From: Candidatus Saccharimonadota bacterium | Lineage (GTDB): Bacteria; Pseudomonadota; Gammaproteobacteria; Burkholderiales; Burkholderiaceae | Assembly (NCBI GenBank): GCA_000147015.1 | Contig: CP002161.1 | Location: 176,565 to 208,564, forward strand | Direction: 5' to 3' | DNA: 32,000 nucleotides | Part shown: in pieces, positions 20,106-30,564 of the stretch | Numbering within the stretch: position 1 is the first letter of the stretch | Layout: each line of letters begins with the position of its first letter | Notes under the pieces: generated by a model | Seen by the model: the letters and a program-made list of their open reading frames with translations, nothing else | Databases searched by the model: none | What the model was told of the DNA's origin: nothing | Translations under genes and position numbers: made by a program

Positions 20106-20714
20106 TTAATATATAAAAACAAAATTGTTTTTAAATCCCGGTATAGATCCTTTAATTCATAATAAATTATTTTTATTATCTATTTTTAATATTTCTAAAT
20201 TTCTAATAGTACAATTTTTATTTCCAAGTTGACCACACATTTTCTTTCCTTTAAAAACTCTACCAGGATCTTGACACATTCCAACTGAACCTGGAGATTT
20301 ATGAGATCTAGAATTACCATGACTTGCTCTTCCTGAAGAAAAATTATGCCTTTTAATAGTTCCTGAAAAACCTTTACCTATAGATTTTCCTTTTATACTT
20401 ACTTTTTGATTTAAATTAAATATATTAATTTTTATTCTTTCTCCTAAATTAAATTTAGAATATCTTTTATTTTTAAATTCTTTTATAATATAATTATATT
20501 TTGTTTTAGATTTATAAAAATGCCCTATTAAAGGTTTTTTCATATTAGAAGAAATTTTATTTTTTCCATATGAAATTTGTATAGAAAAATATTTATCTTT
20601 TTTAATATTTTTTATTTGAGTTACAAAATTATTTGAAACATCAATTATAGTAACTGGTATCATAGAACCATTTTTATTATATAAACAAGACATACCTATT
20701 TTTTTTCCTATCAT
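20106..20714 (-). CDS. rplC: 50S ribosomal protein L3
   Basis: MIGKKIGMS...GKGFSGTIKRHNFSSGRASHGNSRSHKSPGSVG..DPGRVFKGKKMCGQLG matches L3. It reads through TGA at 20157-20159 (LLWIKGSIPG) to TAA at 20106-20108. Confidence 0.95.
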
Positions 20715-20715
20715 T

Positions 20716-21039
20716 TTATATTAATTTTAATTTTATTTCTAAACCAGTAAAATTTAAATTTAAATTTTTAATGATATTTAAAATATTTATTTTTTTATTA
20801 TTTAATATATATAAAAATCTTTTATGAGTTCTAATTTCTAATTGATCTCTAGATTTTTTATCAATATGCGGTGACCTTAATAAATTAAATCTTTCTATTT
20901 TTGTAGGAAGGAATACTTCACTAATTAAAATTATATTATTAAATTTTAAAATTTTTTTTAATTCTATTATATATTTTTTTATTATTTTAAAATTAAAAGA
21001 TTTAATTTTTAATAAATATTTATTTTTTGAAAATAACAT
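20716..21039 (-). CDS. rpsJ: 30S ribosomal protein S10
   Basis: [26 protein letters not shown] matches [26 protein letters not shown]. Confidence 0.95.
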   Translation of the reverse strand: MLFSKNKYLLKIKSFNFKIIKKYIIELKKILKFNNIILISEVFLPTKIERFNLLRSPHIDKKSRDQLEIRTHKRFLYILNNKKINILNIIKNLNLNFTGLEIKLKLI

Positions 21040-21040
21040 A

Positions 21041-22231
21041 TTATTCTATTATTTTAGTAACTATACCAGCTCCAACTGTTTTTCCTCCTTCTCTAATAGC
21101 AAATCTTAATCCTTCTTCCATAGCAATAGGAGAAATTAAAGTAGAATTAATAATAACATTATCTCCAGGTAATACCATTTCTTTATCTTTTTGTAATTCT
21201 ATTATACCTGTTACATCAGTAGTTCTAAAATAAAATTGAGGTCTATAATTATTAAAAAAAGGAGTATGTCTTCCTCCTTCTTCTTTTGATAAAACATATA
21301 TTTTTGCAGTAAATTTTTTATAAGGTTTAATAGAATTAGGTTTTACTAATACTTGTCCTCTTTCTACTTCTTCTCTTTTTATACCTCTTAATAAAATACC
21401 AACATTATCTCCTGCTTCTCCTTGATCTAATAGTTTTCTAAACATTTCTATACCAGTACAAATAGTTTTTTTTGTTTCTTTTATACCTACAATTTCTATT
21501 TCTTCACCTATTTTTATTAAACCTCTTTCTATTCTTCCTGTAACAACAGTACCTCTTCCAGAAATAGAAAATACATCTTCTACAGGCATTAAAAATGATC
21601 CTTCTGTTATTCTTTTTGGTGTAGGTATATAATTATCAATAGCTTTTGCTAATTTTAATATTGATTTTTCACCTAATTCATTTTTATTTCCTTCTACAGC
21701 TAATTTTGCTGAACCTCTTATTATAGGTATTTTATCACCTGGAAAATCATATTTTGTTAATAATTCTCTTATTTCCATTTCTACTAATTCTATTAATTCA
21801 TTATCATCAACTAAATCTGTTTTATTTAAATAAACTACTATATATGGTACACCAACTTGTCTAGATAATAATATATGTTCTCTAGTTTGAGGCATTGGAC
21901 CATCTACAGCAGAACAAACTAATATAGCACCATCCATTTGAGCAGCACCAGTTATCATATTTTTAATATAGTCCGCATGTCCTGGACAATCAACATGAGC
22001 ATAATGTCTTTTTTCTGTTTCATATTCAACATGTGCTGTATTTATTGTTATACCTCTAGCTTTTTCTTCTGGAGCAGCATCTATTTGATCATAAGCTTTA
22101 GCTTCACCTCCATATTTTTTAGATAATACCATTGTAATAGCAGATGTTAATGTAGTTTTACCATGATCAACATGCCCAATAGTACCTATATTTATATGAG
22201 GTTTGTTTCTTTCATATTTTATTTTAGACAT
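21041..22231 (-). CDS. tuf: Elongation factor Tu
   Basis: 396 aa, highly conserved. Motifs: [48 protein letters not shown]. It is visibly more G+C-rich than its surroundings. Confidence 0.99.
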   Translation of the reverse strand: MSKIKYERNKPHINIGTIGHVDHGKTTLTSAITMVLSKKYGGEAKAYDQIDAAPEEKARGITINTAHVEYETEKRHYAHVDCPGHADYIKNMITGAAQMDGAILVCSAVDGPMPQTREHILLSRQVGVPYIVVYLNKTDLVDDNELIELVEMEIRELLTKYDFPGDKIPIIRGSAKLAVEGNKNELGEKSILKLAKAIDNYIPTPKRITEGSFLMPVEDVFSISGRGTVVTGRIERGLIKIGEEIEIVGIKETKKTICTGIEMFRKLLDQGEAGDNVGILLRGIKREEVERGQVLVKPNSIKPYKKFTAKIYVLSKEEGGRHTPFFNNYRPQFYFRTTDVTGIIELQKDKEMVLPGDNVIINSTLISPIAMEEGLRFAIREGGKTVGAGIVTKIIE

Positions 22232-22248
22232 TTTAATTTATTTTAAAA

Positions 22249-24348
22249 TTATTTTTTTATTTTTATAATTTTATCTAATATATTTTTAGGTAATTTAGAA
22301 TATTCTAAAAAATTCATTGTATAATTAGCTCTACCTTGAGTATTAGATCTTAATGAAGTAGAATAACCAAAAGTTTCTGATAAAGGTATTTTTATTTTTA
22401 TTAATTTACATAAATTATTAGATACTTCTTGCATATCTAAAATAATACCTCTTCTTGAAGAAATTTCTGATATTACATTACCAGCGTATATTTCTGGTGT
22501 TTCAACTTCCATATACATTATTGGTTCTAATACTATAGGTTTAGACATTAAACATCCTTTTTTAAAAGCAATAGATGCTGCTATTTTAAATGCATTTTCT
22601 GAAGAATCAACTTCATGATACGAACCATATATTAAATTTACTTTAATATCTACAACTTTATAACCTAATAATATTCCTGAATTTAAAGATTCTAAAATTC
22701 CTTTTTCTATAGGAGAAATAAATTCTTTAGGAATTGCTCCACCTTTTATAGAATTTACAAATTTAAATCCCATACCTTTTTTTAAAGGTTCTAATTTTAA
22801 TATAACATGACCATATTGTCCTCTTCCTCCTGATTGTTTAATAAATTTACCTTCAGCTTTTTCACATATTTTACTTATAGTTTCTCTATATGCAACTTGA
22901 GGTTTTCCTATTTTAACATTTATATTATATTCTCTTTTAATTCTATCTATTATAATTTCTAAATGCAATTCACCCATTCCAGAAATTATTGTTTGTCCTG
23001 ATTCATTATCAAATCTAGTATTAAAAGATGGATCTTCTTGTATTAATTTATTTAAAGCTATGTTTAATTTTTCTTGTTCTGATTTTGAAGAAACTTCTAT
23101 AGATTGAGAAATAACTGTTTCTGGAAATTTTATTTTTTCTAAAATTATTGGATTTTTAAAATCACATAAAGTATCACCTGTATTTATATCTTTTAAACCA
23201 ATTGCAGCGGCAATATCTCCTGCTTTAACTTTTTTTATTTCTTTTCTTTGATTTGCATGCATTTGTAATATTCTACCTAATTTTTCTTTTTTTTTTTTAA
23301 TAGAATTATATATTATATCACCGCTTTTTATTTTTCCAGAATATACTCTAAAAAAAATTAGTTGTCCAACAAAAGAATCATTCATTATTTTAAATGCTAA
23401 TGCTGAAAAGCTTTCATTTATATCTATTTTTCTTTTTATAATCTTATTATTTTCATTAACACCTTTTATATATTTAATATCTAATGGAGATGGTAAATAT
23501 TCTAATATTGCGTCTAATAAAGGTTGAATACATTTATTTTTAAAAGCAGAGCCACATAATAAAGGGATCATTTTTCCTTCTATTGTTTTTTTTCTAAGTT
23601 CTTTTTTTATTTCTTTTTCTGTAATTTTTTTTTTTTCTAAATATTTATTCAATAAATAATCAGAATCTTCTATAATTAATTCAATCATTTTTTTTCTTCA
23701 AATTTTTAATTTTTTATTATATTTCTTAGATACTTTTTTAACAGTATATTTCATACCATTAGTATTATTTTTTCATAAAATAATTTTTTTTTTAATTAAA
23801 TCTATTATACCTTTAAATTTATTTTCTTTTCCTATAGGTAATTGTATAGGAATTGGATTTGAATTTAATTTATTCTTTATTTGTTTATAAACTTTATAAA
23901 AATTAGCTCCTATTCTATCCATTTTATTAATAAATGCTATTCTAGGAATTTTATATTTATTTGCTTGTTTTCAAACAGTTTCCGATTGAGATTGTACACC
24001 TCCTACTGCACAATATAACATACATAATCCATCTAATACTCTCATAGATCTTTCAACTTCTATTGTAAAATCAACATGTCCTGGTGTATCTATAATATTT
24101 ATTCTATTTTTTTCAAAATTATTTTTCATACCACTTCAAAAACATGTTGTGCAAGCTGAAGTTATAGTTATTCCTCTTTCTTGTTCTTGTTTCATTCAAT
24201 CCATTGTAGTATTACCATCATGAACTTCTCCTAATTTATGATTTATACCTGTAAAATATAAAATTCTTTCAGTAAGAGTAGTTTTTCCAGCATCTATATG
24301 CGCAGAAATTCCTATATTTCTATAATTATTTATTTTTATATTATTCAT
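22249..24348 (-). CDS. fusA: Elongation factor G
   Basis: 699 codons. The region upstream of the track ORF was hand-checked as open under table 4. N-terminus: [34 protein letters not shown]...[16 protein letters not shown]...[17 protein letters not shown]...NKMDR. TGA at 24196-24198 is the conserved W. Confidence 0.98.
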
Positions 24349-24354
24349 AATAAA

Positions 24355-24822
24355 TTAAAAATTAAAATTTGAAAAAGCTTTATTTGATTCGGCCATTTTA
24401 TATATTTCTATTTTTTTATTTATTGAAGAACCTTTATTTTCGGAAGCATCTATTAATTCATTTGCTATTTTTATATATGTAAATCTTTCTTTTCTTTTTA
24501 AAGCAAATTTTTTAATTCATTTCATAGATAAACTGATTCTTCTATTTAAATTTACTTCTACTGGAATTTGATAATTAGAACCTCCTATTTTTTTATTTTT
24601 TATTTCTACTAATGGTTTACAATTTTCTATTGCTTTTAAAAATATTTTAATTGGATTTTTATTTTTTGATTTTATATAGTATAAAGCTTTATAAATTATT
24701 TTTTCTGATTTATTTTTTTTACCAGATAACATTAATATATTTATAAATTTAGATATTTCTAAATTATTAAATTTAATATCTGGTTTTATTTTTCTTTTAT
24801 TAAATTTTTTTTTTCTTGACAT
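24355..24822 (-). CDS. rpsG: 30S ribosomal protein S7
   Basis: [18 protein letters not shown]...[17 protein letters not shown]...[28 protein letters not shown]...[14 protein letters not shown]. It reads through TGA at 24517-24519 to TAA at 24355-24357. The start was chosen at ATG 24820-24822 by alignment; the track ORF starts 15 codons earlier. Confidence 0.92.
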
Positions 24823-25216
24823 CTTTATTATTTTTAATAATTTTATTTTTTTTTTTTTTAACTCCATATTTTGATCTTGATTTTTTTCTTTTTTTAACTC
24901 CTTTATTATCTAAAACACCTCTTATAATATGATATCTTACTCCTGGTAAATCTTTAACTCTTCCTCCTCTTATTAATACTATACTATGTTCTTGTAATTC
25001 ATGTCCTTCTCCTCCTATATAACATATTACTTCAAAACCATTATTTAATTTTACTTTTGCTACTTTTCTTAAAGCTGAATTAGGTTTTTTAGGTGTAGTT
25101 GTATATACTTTTGTACATATTCCTCTTTTTTGGGGATTTTTTTGTAATGCTGGAGTTTTAGTTTTAATTTTAATTTTTTTTCTAGGTTTTTTTATTAATT
25201 GATTTATAGTTGTCAT
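24800..25216 (-). CDS. rpsL: 30S ribosomal protein S12
   Basis: [12 protein letters not shown]...[62 protein letters not shown] matches S12. A Lys-rich C-terminal tail overlaps the rpsG start by 23 nt. Confidence 0.97.
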   Translation of the reverse strand: MTTINQLIKKPRKKIKIKTKTPALQKNPQKRGICTKVYTTTPKKPNSALRKVAKVKLNNGFEVICYIGGEGHELQEHSIVLIRGGRVKDLPGVRYHIIRGVLDNKGVKKRKKSRSKYGVKKKKNKIIKNNKDVKKKKI

Positions 25217-25387
25217 TTATTTTATATTTTCTTCAATATATTTTATATGTTTTTTTATTTTTGGATCAAATTTTTTTAAATTTAATTTTTTTAAATTTAA
25301 TTTTTTTGATTTAGTTGTTGTATAAAAATGTTTACTACCAGAAGTAGAAACTAATTTTATTATTTTTCTATTTTTTTTTTTTTTCAT
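25217..25387 (-). CDS. rpmG: 50S ribosomal protein L33
   Basis: 56 aa, MKKKKNRKIIKLVSTSGSKHFYTTTKSKKLNLKKLNLKKFDPKIKKHIKYIEENIK (cf [48 protein letters not shown]). It abuts the rpsL start and overlaps the rpmB 3' end by 20 nt. Confidence 0.9.
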   Translation of the reverse strand: MKKKKNRKIIKLVSTSGSKHFYTTTKSKKLNLKKLNLKKFDPKIKKHIKYIEENIK

Positions 25388-25577
25388 TTTTAATAATATT
25401 TTTTTTTATTAATTTTATTGCTTTAACTGATATTTTTATTTTTTTAATTTTATTTTTAATTTTTAATTTATATTTTTTAAAATTAACTAAAAATTTTTTT
25501 TTATTTTTTTTATTAGAGTGAGAAATCTTATTTCCAATTATTAATTTTTTTTTTGTTATTATACAAATATTTGACAT
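25368..25577 (-). CDS. rpmB: 50S ribosomal protein L28
   Basis: MSNICIITKKKLIIGNKISHSNKKNKKKFLVNF matches [33 protein letters not shown]. It ends in TAG at 25368-25370. Confidence 0.9.
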   Translation of the reverse strand: MSNICIITKKKLIIGNKISHSNKKNKKKFLVNFKKYKLKIKNKIKKIKISVKAIKLIKKNIIKNEKKKK

Positions 25578-25711
25578 TTATTTATTAAAATAATTTTTCA
25601 TTATTTTTATTATAAAATTTTTATTCTTATTTTTAATTAATTTTATTTTTTTTTCATTTATAATTATCATTTGAAATTTTAATCATTTTTTTCATATTTC
25701 TTGAAGAAGAA
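25578..25711. promoter_or_regulatory. Divergent intergenic region between rpmB and gyrA; the only non-coding space upstream of the 33-gene translation run
   Basis: This is positional logic only. It is the sole gap over 17 nt upstream of the run. A TATAAT is present on the minus strand (plus 25609-25614), 32 nt before the rpmB ATG, but such hexamers are ubiquitous at this composition. Part of the region (from 25664) may be gyrA coding sequence. Confidence 0.3.
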
Positions 25712-27247
25712 ATGAGTAATAGTTATATAAATTATGCAATAAATGTAATATCTAATAGAGCATTACCTGATATAATAGATGGTTTAAAACCAGTACATAG
25801 AAGAATATTATATACTATGTATAAAATAAAAAATAATTATAAAAATAATTTTATAAAATGTGCAAGAATTGTAGGAGAAGTAATGGGTAAATATCATCCT
25901 CATGGAGATAATTCTATATATGATGCTTTAGTAAGAATGGCTCAAAATTTTTCTTTAAAATATACATTAATTAAAGGACAAGGAAATTTTGGTTCTATAG
26001 ATGGAGATAATGCTGCTGCAATGAGATATACAGAATGTAAATTAAATAAAATATCCAATGAATTTTTTCATGATATAAATAAAAATACTGTTAAATTTAT
26101 AAATAATTATGATAATAAAGAAAAAGAACCATTAGTATTACCATGTAGAATACCCAATTTATTAATTAATGGTAGTTATGGAATAGCTGTAGGTATGTCA
26201 ACAAATATACCTCCACATAATTTTACAGATTCTATAAATACAGCTATATACTTATTATTATTTTCAGAATGTAAAATTAAAGATTTAATTAAAATTTTAA
26301 AAGCACCAGATTTTCCTACAGGAGGAAATATAATAAAAATATCAAAACTTCATAATGCATATTATTATGGAAAAGGAAGTGTTACAATAAATTCTAAATT
26401 TATTTTTGAAAAAATAAATAAAAAAACTAATATTATTATAACAGAAATACCTTATCAAATAAATAAAAAAAAAATATTAGAACAAATAATAAAATTAATA
26501 AAAAATAAAAAAATAAATTTTATTAATAATTTAAAAGATGAATCAAATAAATTAGGAATTAGAATAGTAATAGAATTAAAGAAAAATTTAAATAAAAATA
26601 AAATTTTAAAAATTTTATTTAAAAAAACTTCTTTACAACATACAATAAATATTAATATTATTGCCTTAATAAAAAATATTCCTAAAAAATTAAATTTAAA
26701 AAAAATATTAATATATTTTATAAAATATAGAAAAAAATTAATAATTAAAAAATTAAAATTTATATTAAAAAAATTAAAAAAAAAAAAATATTTATTAGAA
26801 GGTTTTGTAGTAGTAATAAATAATATAAATAAATTTATAAAAATAGTCAAAAAATCAAAAAATAATATTGAGGCTATAAAAAATATAACATCAAATAATT
26901 GAAAATTATTTATAAAATTAAAAATAATAAATTTTAATAAAAAAAATAAGAAATATATTAAAAATATAAAAAAGAAAATAAAAATACCTTATACAAAAAA
27001 ATACAAAATTTCAGTTATACAATCAAAATTAGTATTAAAATTAAGATTAAATAAAATAATAAAATTAGAAAGTTATAAAATTTTTAAAAAATATAAATTA
27101 ATAATAATTAAAATATTAATATATTTTATTATATTAAAAAAGAAAAATAAAATTTATGATGTAATATTTGAAGAATTAAATTATATAAAATATAATACAA
27201 AAATTAAAAATAAAGATATAAGATTAACAAATATAAATAAAAAATAA
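25712..27247 (+). CDS. gyrA: DNA gyrase subunit A, N-terminal (breakage-reunion plus coiled-coil) part only
   Basis: 511 codons were hand-checked as open, with TGA at 26900-26902. Motifs: SYINYAINVISNRALPDIIDGLKPVHRRILYTM, GKYHPHGDNSIYDALVRMAQ, GQGNFGSIDGDNAAAMRYTE (active-site Tyr). It ends ...IFEELNYIKYNTKIKNKDIRLTNINKK (cf VIREELELVREQFGDKRRTEI) followed by TAA at 27245-27247. The start may lie upstream at a non-ATG codon. Confidence 0.92.
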
Positions 27248-27366
27248 AATAATAAAAATTAAAATTCATATTAAAAAATTAAAAATATATAATTTTAAAA
27301 ATATAAATTAATAATTAATAAAATATTTACATATTAATATATAAAAATAATTTTCATATTTTTATA

Positions 27367-27392
27367 AGTAATACGATTTTATTCGTATTACT
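27367..27392. terminator. Stem-loop (10-bp stem, 6-nt loop) between convergent gyrA and metE
   Basis: AGTAATACGA (27367-27376) pairs perfectly with TCGTATTACT (27383-27392). The loop is TTTTAT. On the plus strand it is followed by ATTTTAATAAATTTTTT. There are three G:C pairs in an otherwise almost G/C-free spacer. The right arm overlaps the metE stop codon TAG (27391-27393). Confidence 0.5.
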
Positions 27393-29667
27393 ATTTTAAT
27401 AAATTTTTTCTAATAATTTTACATGCTATAACCATATTTTTTAAAGATTCAATTGTTTCTTTTCAATTTCTAGTTTTTAAACCACAATCTGGATTTATTC
27501 ATATTTTTTTATAATTTATAACTTTATATGTTTTTTTTATTAATTTTACAATATCTATAATATTAGGTATTTTAGGACTATGTATATCATAAATACCTGG
27601 GCCTATATCATTAGAATATTTAAATTTTTTAAAATTATTTAAAATATTCATATTTGAACGAGATGTTTCTATAGTTATAACATCAGCATTCATTTTTGAA
27701 ATATATTTTAATATATTATTAAATTTAGAATAACACATATGAGTATGAATCTGTATTTCATCTTCTATATTACCACAAGATATTTTAAAACATTTAACAG
27801 CAATTTTTAAATATTTTTTTCTCTCTCTTTTTTTAATAGGTAAACCTTCTTTAAAAGCAGGTTCATCAATTTGTATTATTTTAATTCCATTTTTTTTCAA
27901 ATCATAAACTTCTTTTTTTAAAGCAATAGACATTTGTATAGCAGTATATTTAATTTTTTGATCATTTCTTGTAAATGATCATTTAATCATAGTAATAGGA
28001 CCTGTTAACATTCCTTTAACAGGTTTTAAAGTTAAACTTTGTGAAAATTTAGAAATATTTTTTGTAATAGAATTAGGTCTATAAATATCTCCATATATAA
28101 TAGGTGGTTTCACACATCTTGTACCATAACTTTGCACCCAACCATTAGAAGTAAATTCAAACCCTCATAATTGTTCACCAAAATATTCTACCATATCGTT
28201 TCTTTCTGGTTCACCATGTACTAATACATCTAAATTTAATTTTTCTTGTAAATTTATATTTAATTTAATTTCATTTCTTATTTTATTTAAATAATTTAAA
28301 TAATTTATTTTTTTATTTTTAAATAAAAATCTTAAATTTCTTATTTCTTTTGTTTGTGGAAAAGATCCAATTAATGTAGTTGGAAATATAGGTAAATTAT
28401 ATTTTTTAAATTGTTTTTTTTTTCTATTTTTAAAACTAGAAAATCTATTATATTTTTTTTTTTTTATTATTTTAAATTCTTTTTCAACTAATTTATTTTT
28501 ATTTTTAAAAGATTTTTTTTTATTATTTATAGATATTAAATTTTTGTAAATATATTTATTAGATAATTTTATATTATTTTTTAAAAAGTCACTTATATAT
28601 TTAATTTCTTTTATTTTTTGTTTTGCAAAAGATAATCATTTTTTTATTTCATTATCAATTAAAAATTCATTTTTTAAATTTAAAGGAATATGTAAAAATG
28701 AACAACTTGAAGAAATTCATAAATTATTTTTATATTTAATACTTAATTTTTTTAATTTTAATATTTTTTTTATTATATTTGTTTTTCATATATTTCTACC
28801 ATTTATTATTCCTATAGAAATTATTTTTTTATTTGATCATATATTTAAAAATTTTCCAATATTTTTAAAATTATTATTTATAATATCTATATGTATTCCA
28901 TAAATAGGTAATTTTTTAATTAAATTATAATTTTTTAATTCTTCAAAATATGTTACTAATAAAATATTTATATTTATTTTTTTAAATTCTTTATATACTT
29001 TTTTAAAAGCAATTAATCATTCTTTTTTTAATTTTAAAGTTAAAATAGGTTCTTCAATTTGAATAATATTTATACCCTCTTTTTTTATTTTTAACAATAA
29101 TATTTTATAACCATTTATAATTTTTTTTAATAAAAATAACTTATTTTTTAAGTTTCCTTTTTTTTTTCCTAAATATAATAAAGTTAATGGACCTATAATT
29201 GTTACTTTTATATTTTTATATATTGATTTAGCTTTTCTTATATTATTTAATAATCAATTATATTTTCCATTTTTAAATTTAATATTTTTAGTTCATTCTG
29301 GTACTAAATAATGATAATTAGTATTAAATCATTTTGTCATTTCCATTGGTTTATTATTTTTATTACCTCTTGCCATTTGAAAATATTTTTTATAATTTAT
29401 ATTTTTAGTATTAAAATTAAATCTAGTTGGAATTGCACCTAATATTGTTAACATATTTAATACATGATCATATAAACAAAAATCTCCTACTGTAATATAC
29501 GAAATATTATAATAACTTTGTAAATTTCAATTTTTTAAACATATTTTATTAAATATATATTTTAAATCATTTTCGTTATATTTTTTATTTCAAAATGATT
29601 CAATTGCAAATTTAATTTCTCTATTTTCGCCAATTCTTGGCATTCCTATTATATGAGAAATTGACAT
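27391..29667 (-). CDS. metE: Cobalamin-independent methionine synthase MetE
   Basis: 758 codons were hand-checked as open under table 4, with many [29 protein letters not shown]..., [72 protein letters not shown] and [13 protein letters not shown]. Zn-ligand motifs are retained. The track shows only a 144-aa piece. Confidence 0.97.
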
Positions 29668-29746
29668 TAAATTAAATCTTTTATTATTCTTATTATCAAA
29701 TAAATTAAATTTAAGATATTTAAATAATTATAAATATTTAAAATAT

Positions 29747-30559
29747 TTATTTTAAATTTTTTATTATTTTATTTATTATTTTAAATTTATTTAAAGTATA
29801 AAAATGTAATTTTTTTATACCATTATTTATTAATATATTACATAAATTTATAGTATTATTTATATTAAATAAATTATACGATTTTTTATTATTTTTATAA
29901 TTATTTAAATTTAATAAATTGTTTTTATAAATTTCATTATTATATTCTTTAGAAAAATTAATTATTTTTTTGGAATTAAATATAGGCATTATACCAGGAA
30001 TTATTTCAATTTCTTTATTAAATTTATATATTTTATCTATATAACTTAAATAATTATTAATATTATAAAAATATTGTGTAATTAGAAATTTTGTATTATT
30101 TAAAATTTTTTTCATTCCATATTCTATATCTTCATTAAATGAATTAGAATTAAAATGTTTATTTAAATATGAAGAAGCAAATTTTATTATATTATTTTTA
30201 TTTTTTATAAATTTAAAAATATTTTTATTAATATTATTTTTATTAAAGAAACCAAAAGAAATATCCCCTCTTAAAATAATAAAATTTTTTATATTAATAA
30301 ATTTATAAATTTTTAATAAATTTAATAATAAATTTTTAGATTTAACAAAATTTATTAGATGAGGTATTAAATTATCACCTTCTCTAAATATTTTTAAAGA
30401 ATTATTTAATGAATAATTTTGACTTTTATTATAATTTTTAAATGTTAAAGAAATAAAAATAGGACTAAATTTTAATAATTTTATTTTATTTATTCTTAAT
30501 TTTTTATATCCTAATTTATTTTTAGGTGAAAAAAATTCAAAACTAATATTTTTAATCAT
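29747..30559 (-). CDS. metF: 5,10-methylenetetrahydrofolate reductase MetF
   Basis: 270 aa. ISFEFFSPKN (cf VSFEFFPPRT), IPHL, IILRGD, ITQYFYN (cf ITQFFFD), EIIPGIMPI and LHFYTLNK (cf FHFYTLNR). Confidence 0.88.
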   Translation of the reverse strand: MIKNISFEFFSPKNKLGYKKLRINKIKLLKFSPIFISLTFKNYNKSQNYSLNNSLKIFREGDNLIPHLINFVKSKNLLLNLLKIYKFINIKNFIILRGDISFGFFNKNNINKNIFKFIKNKNNIIKFASSYLNKHFNSNSFNEDIEYGMKKILNNTKFLITQYFYNINNYLSYIDKIYKFNKEIEIIPGIMPIFNSKKIINFSKEYNNEIYKNNLLNLNNYKNNKKSYNLFNINNTINLCNILINNGIKKLHFYTLNKFKIINKIIKNLK

Positions 30560-30564
30560 AAAAA

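Noticed and set aside
25271-25300. A perfect 15-bp tandem duplication TTTTTTTAAATTTAA x2 inside rpmG (encoding KKLNL-KKLNL), a possible recent insertion or slippage event.
   Set aside because: The L33 segment TTTKSKKLNLKKLNLKKFDP has the same length as the E. coli [20 protein letters not shown]. No insertion has occurred, and the repeat is best explained by convergence of two Lys- and Leu-rich stretches under A+T pressure.
25571-25576. A consensus TTGACA on the plus strand overlapping the rpmB start codon, a possible -35 box for gyrA.
   Set aside because: No acceptable -10 hexamer lies 16-18 bp downstream (25593-25600 reads ATTTTTCA). The nearest TAAAAT (25586-25591) is only 9 nt away. The TTGACA is simply the complement of the rpmB codons for Met-Ser-Asn.
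26455-26850. A 131-aa ORF antisense to gyrA, and similar track ORFs at 1020-1211, 1318-1557, 11837-12058, 21027-21233, 21938-22126 and 31672-31875.
   Set aside because: Each lies entirely inside, and antisense to, a well-supported gene (rsmA, mnmA, secY, tuf, gyrA, rplS/rpsP). Their products are Phe, Ile, Leu and Asn low-complexity strings, as expected from the complement of Lys- and Asn-rich sense codons. None has a recognisable motif.
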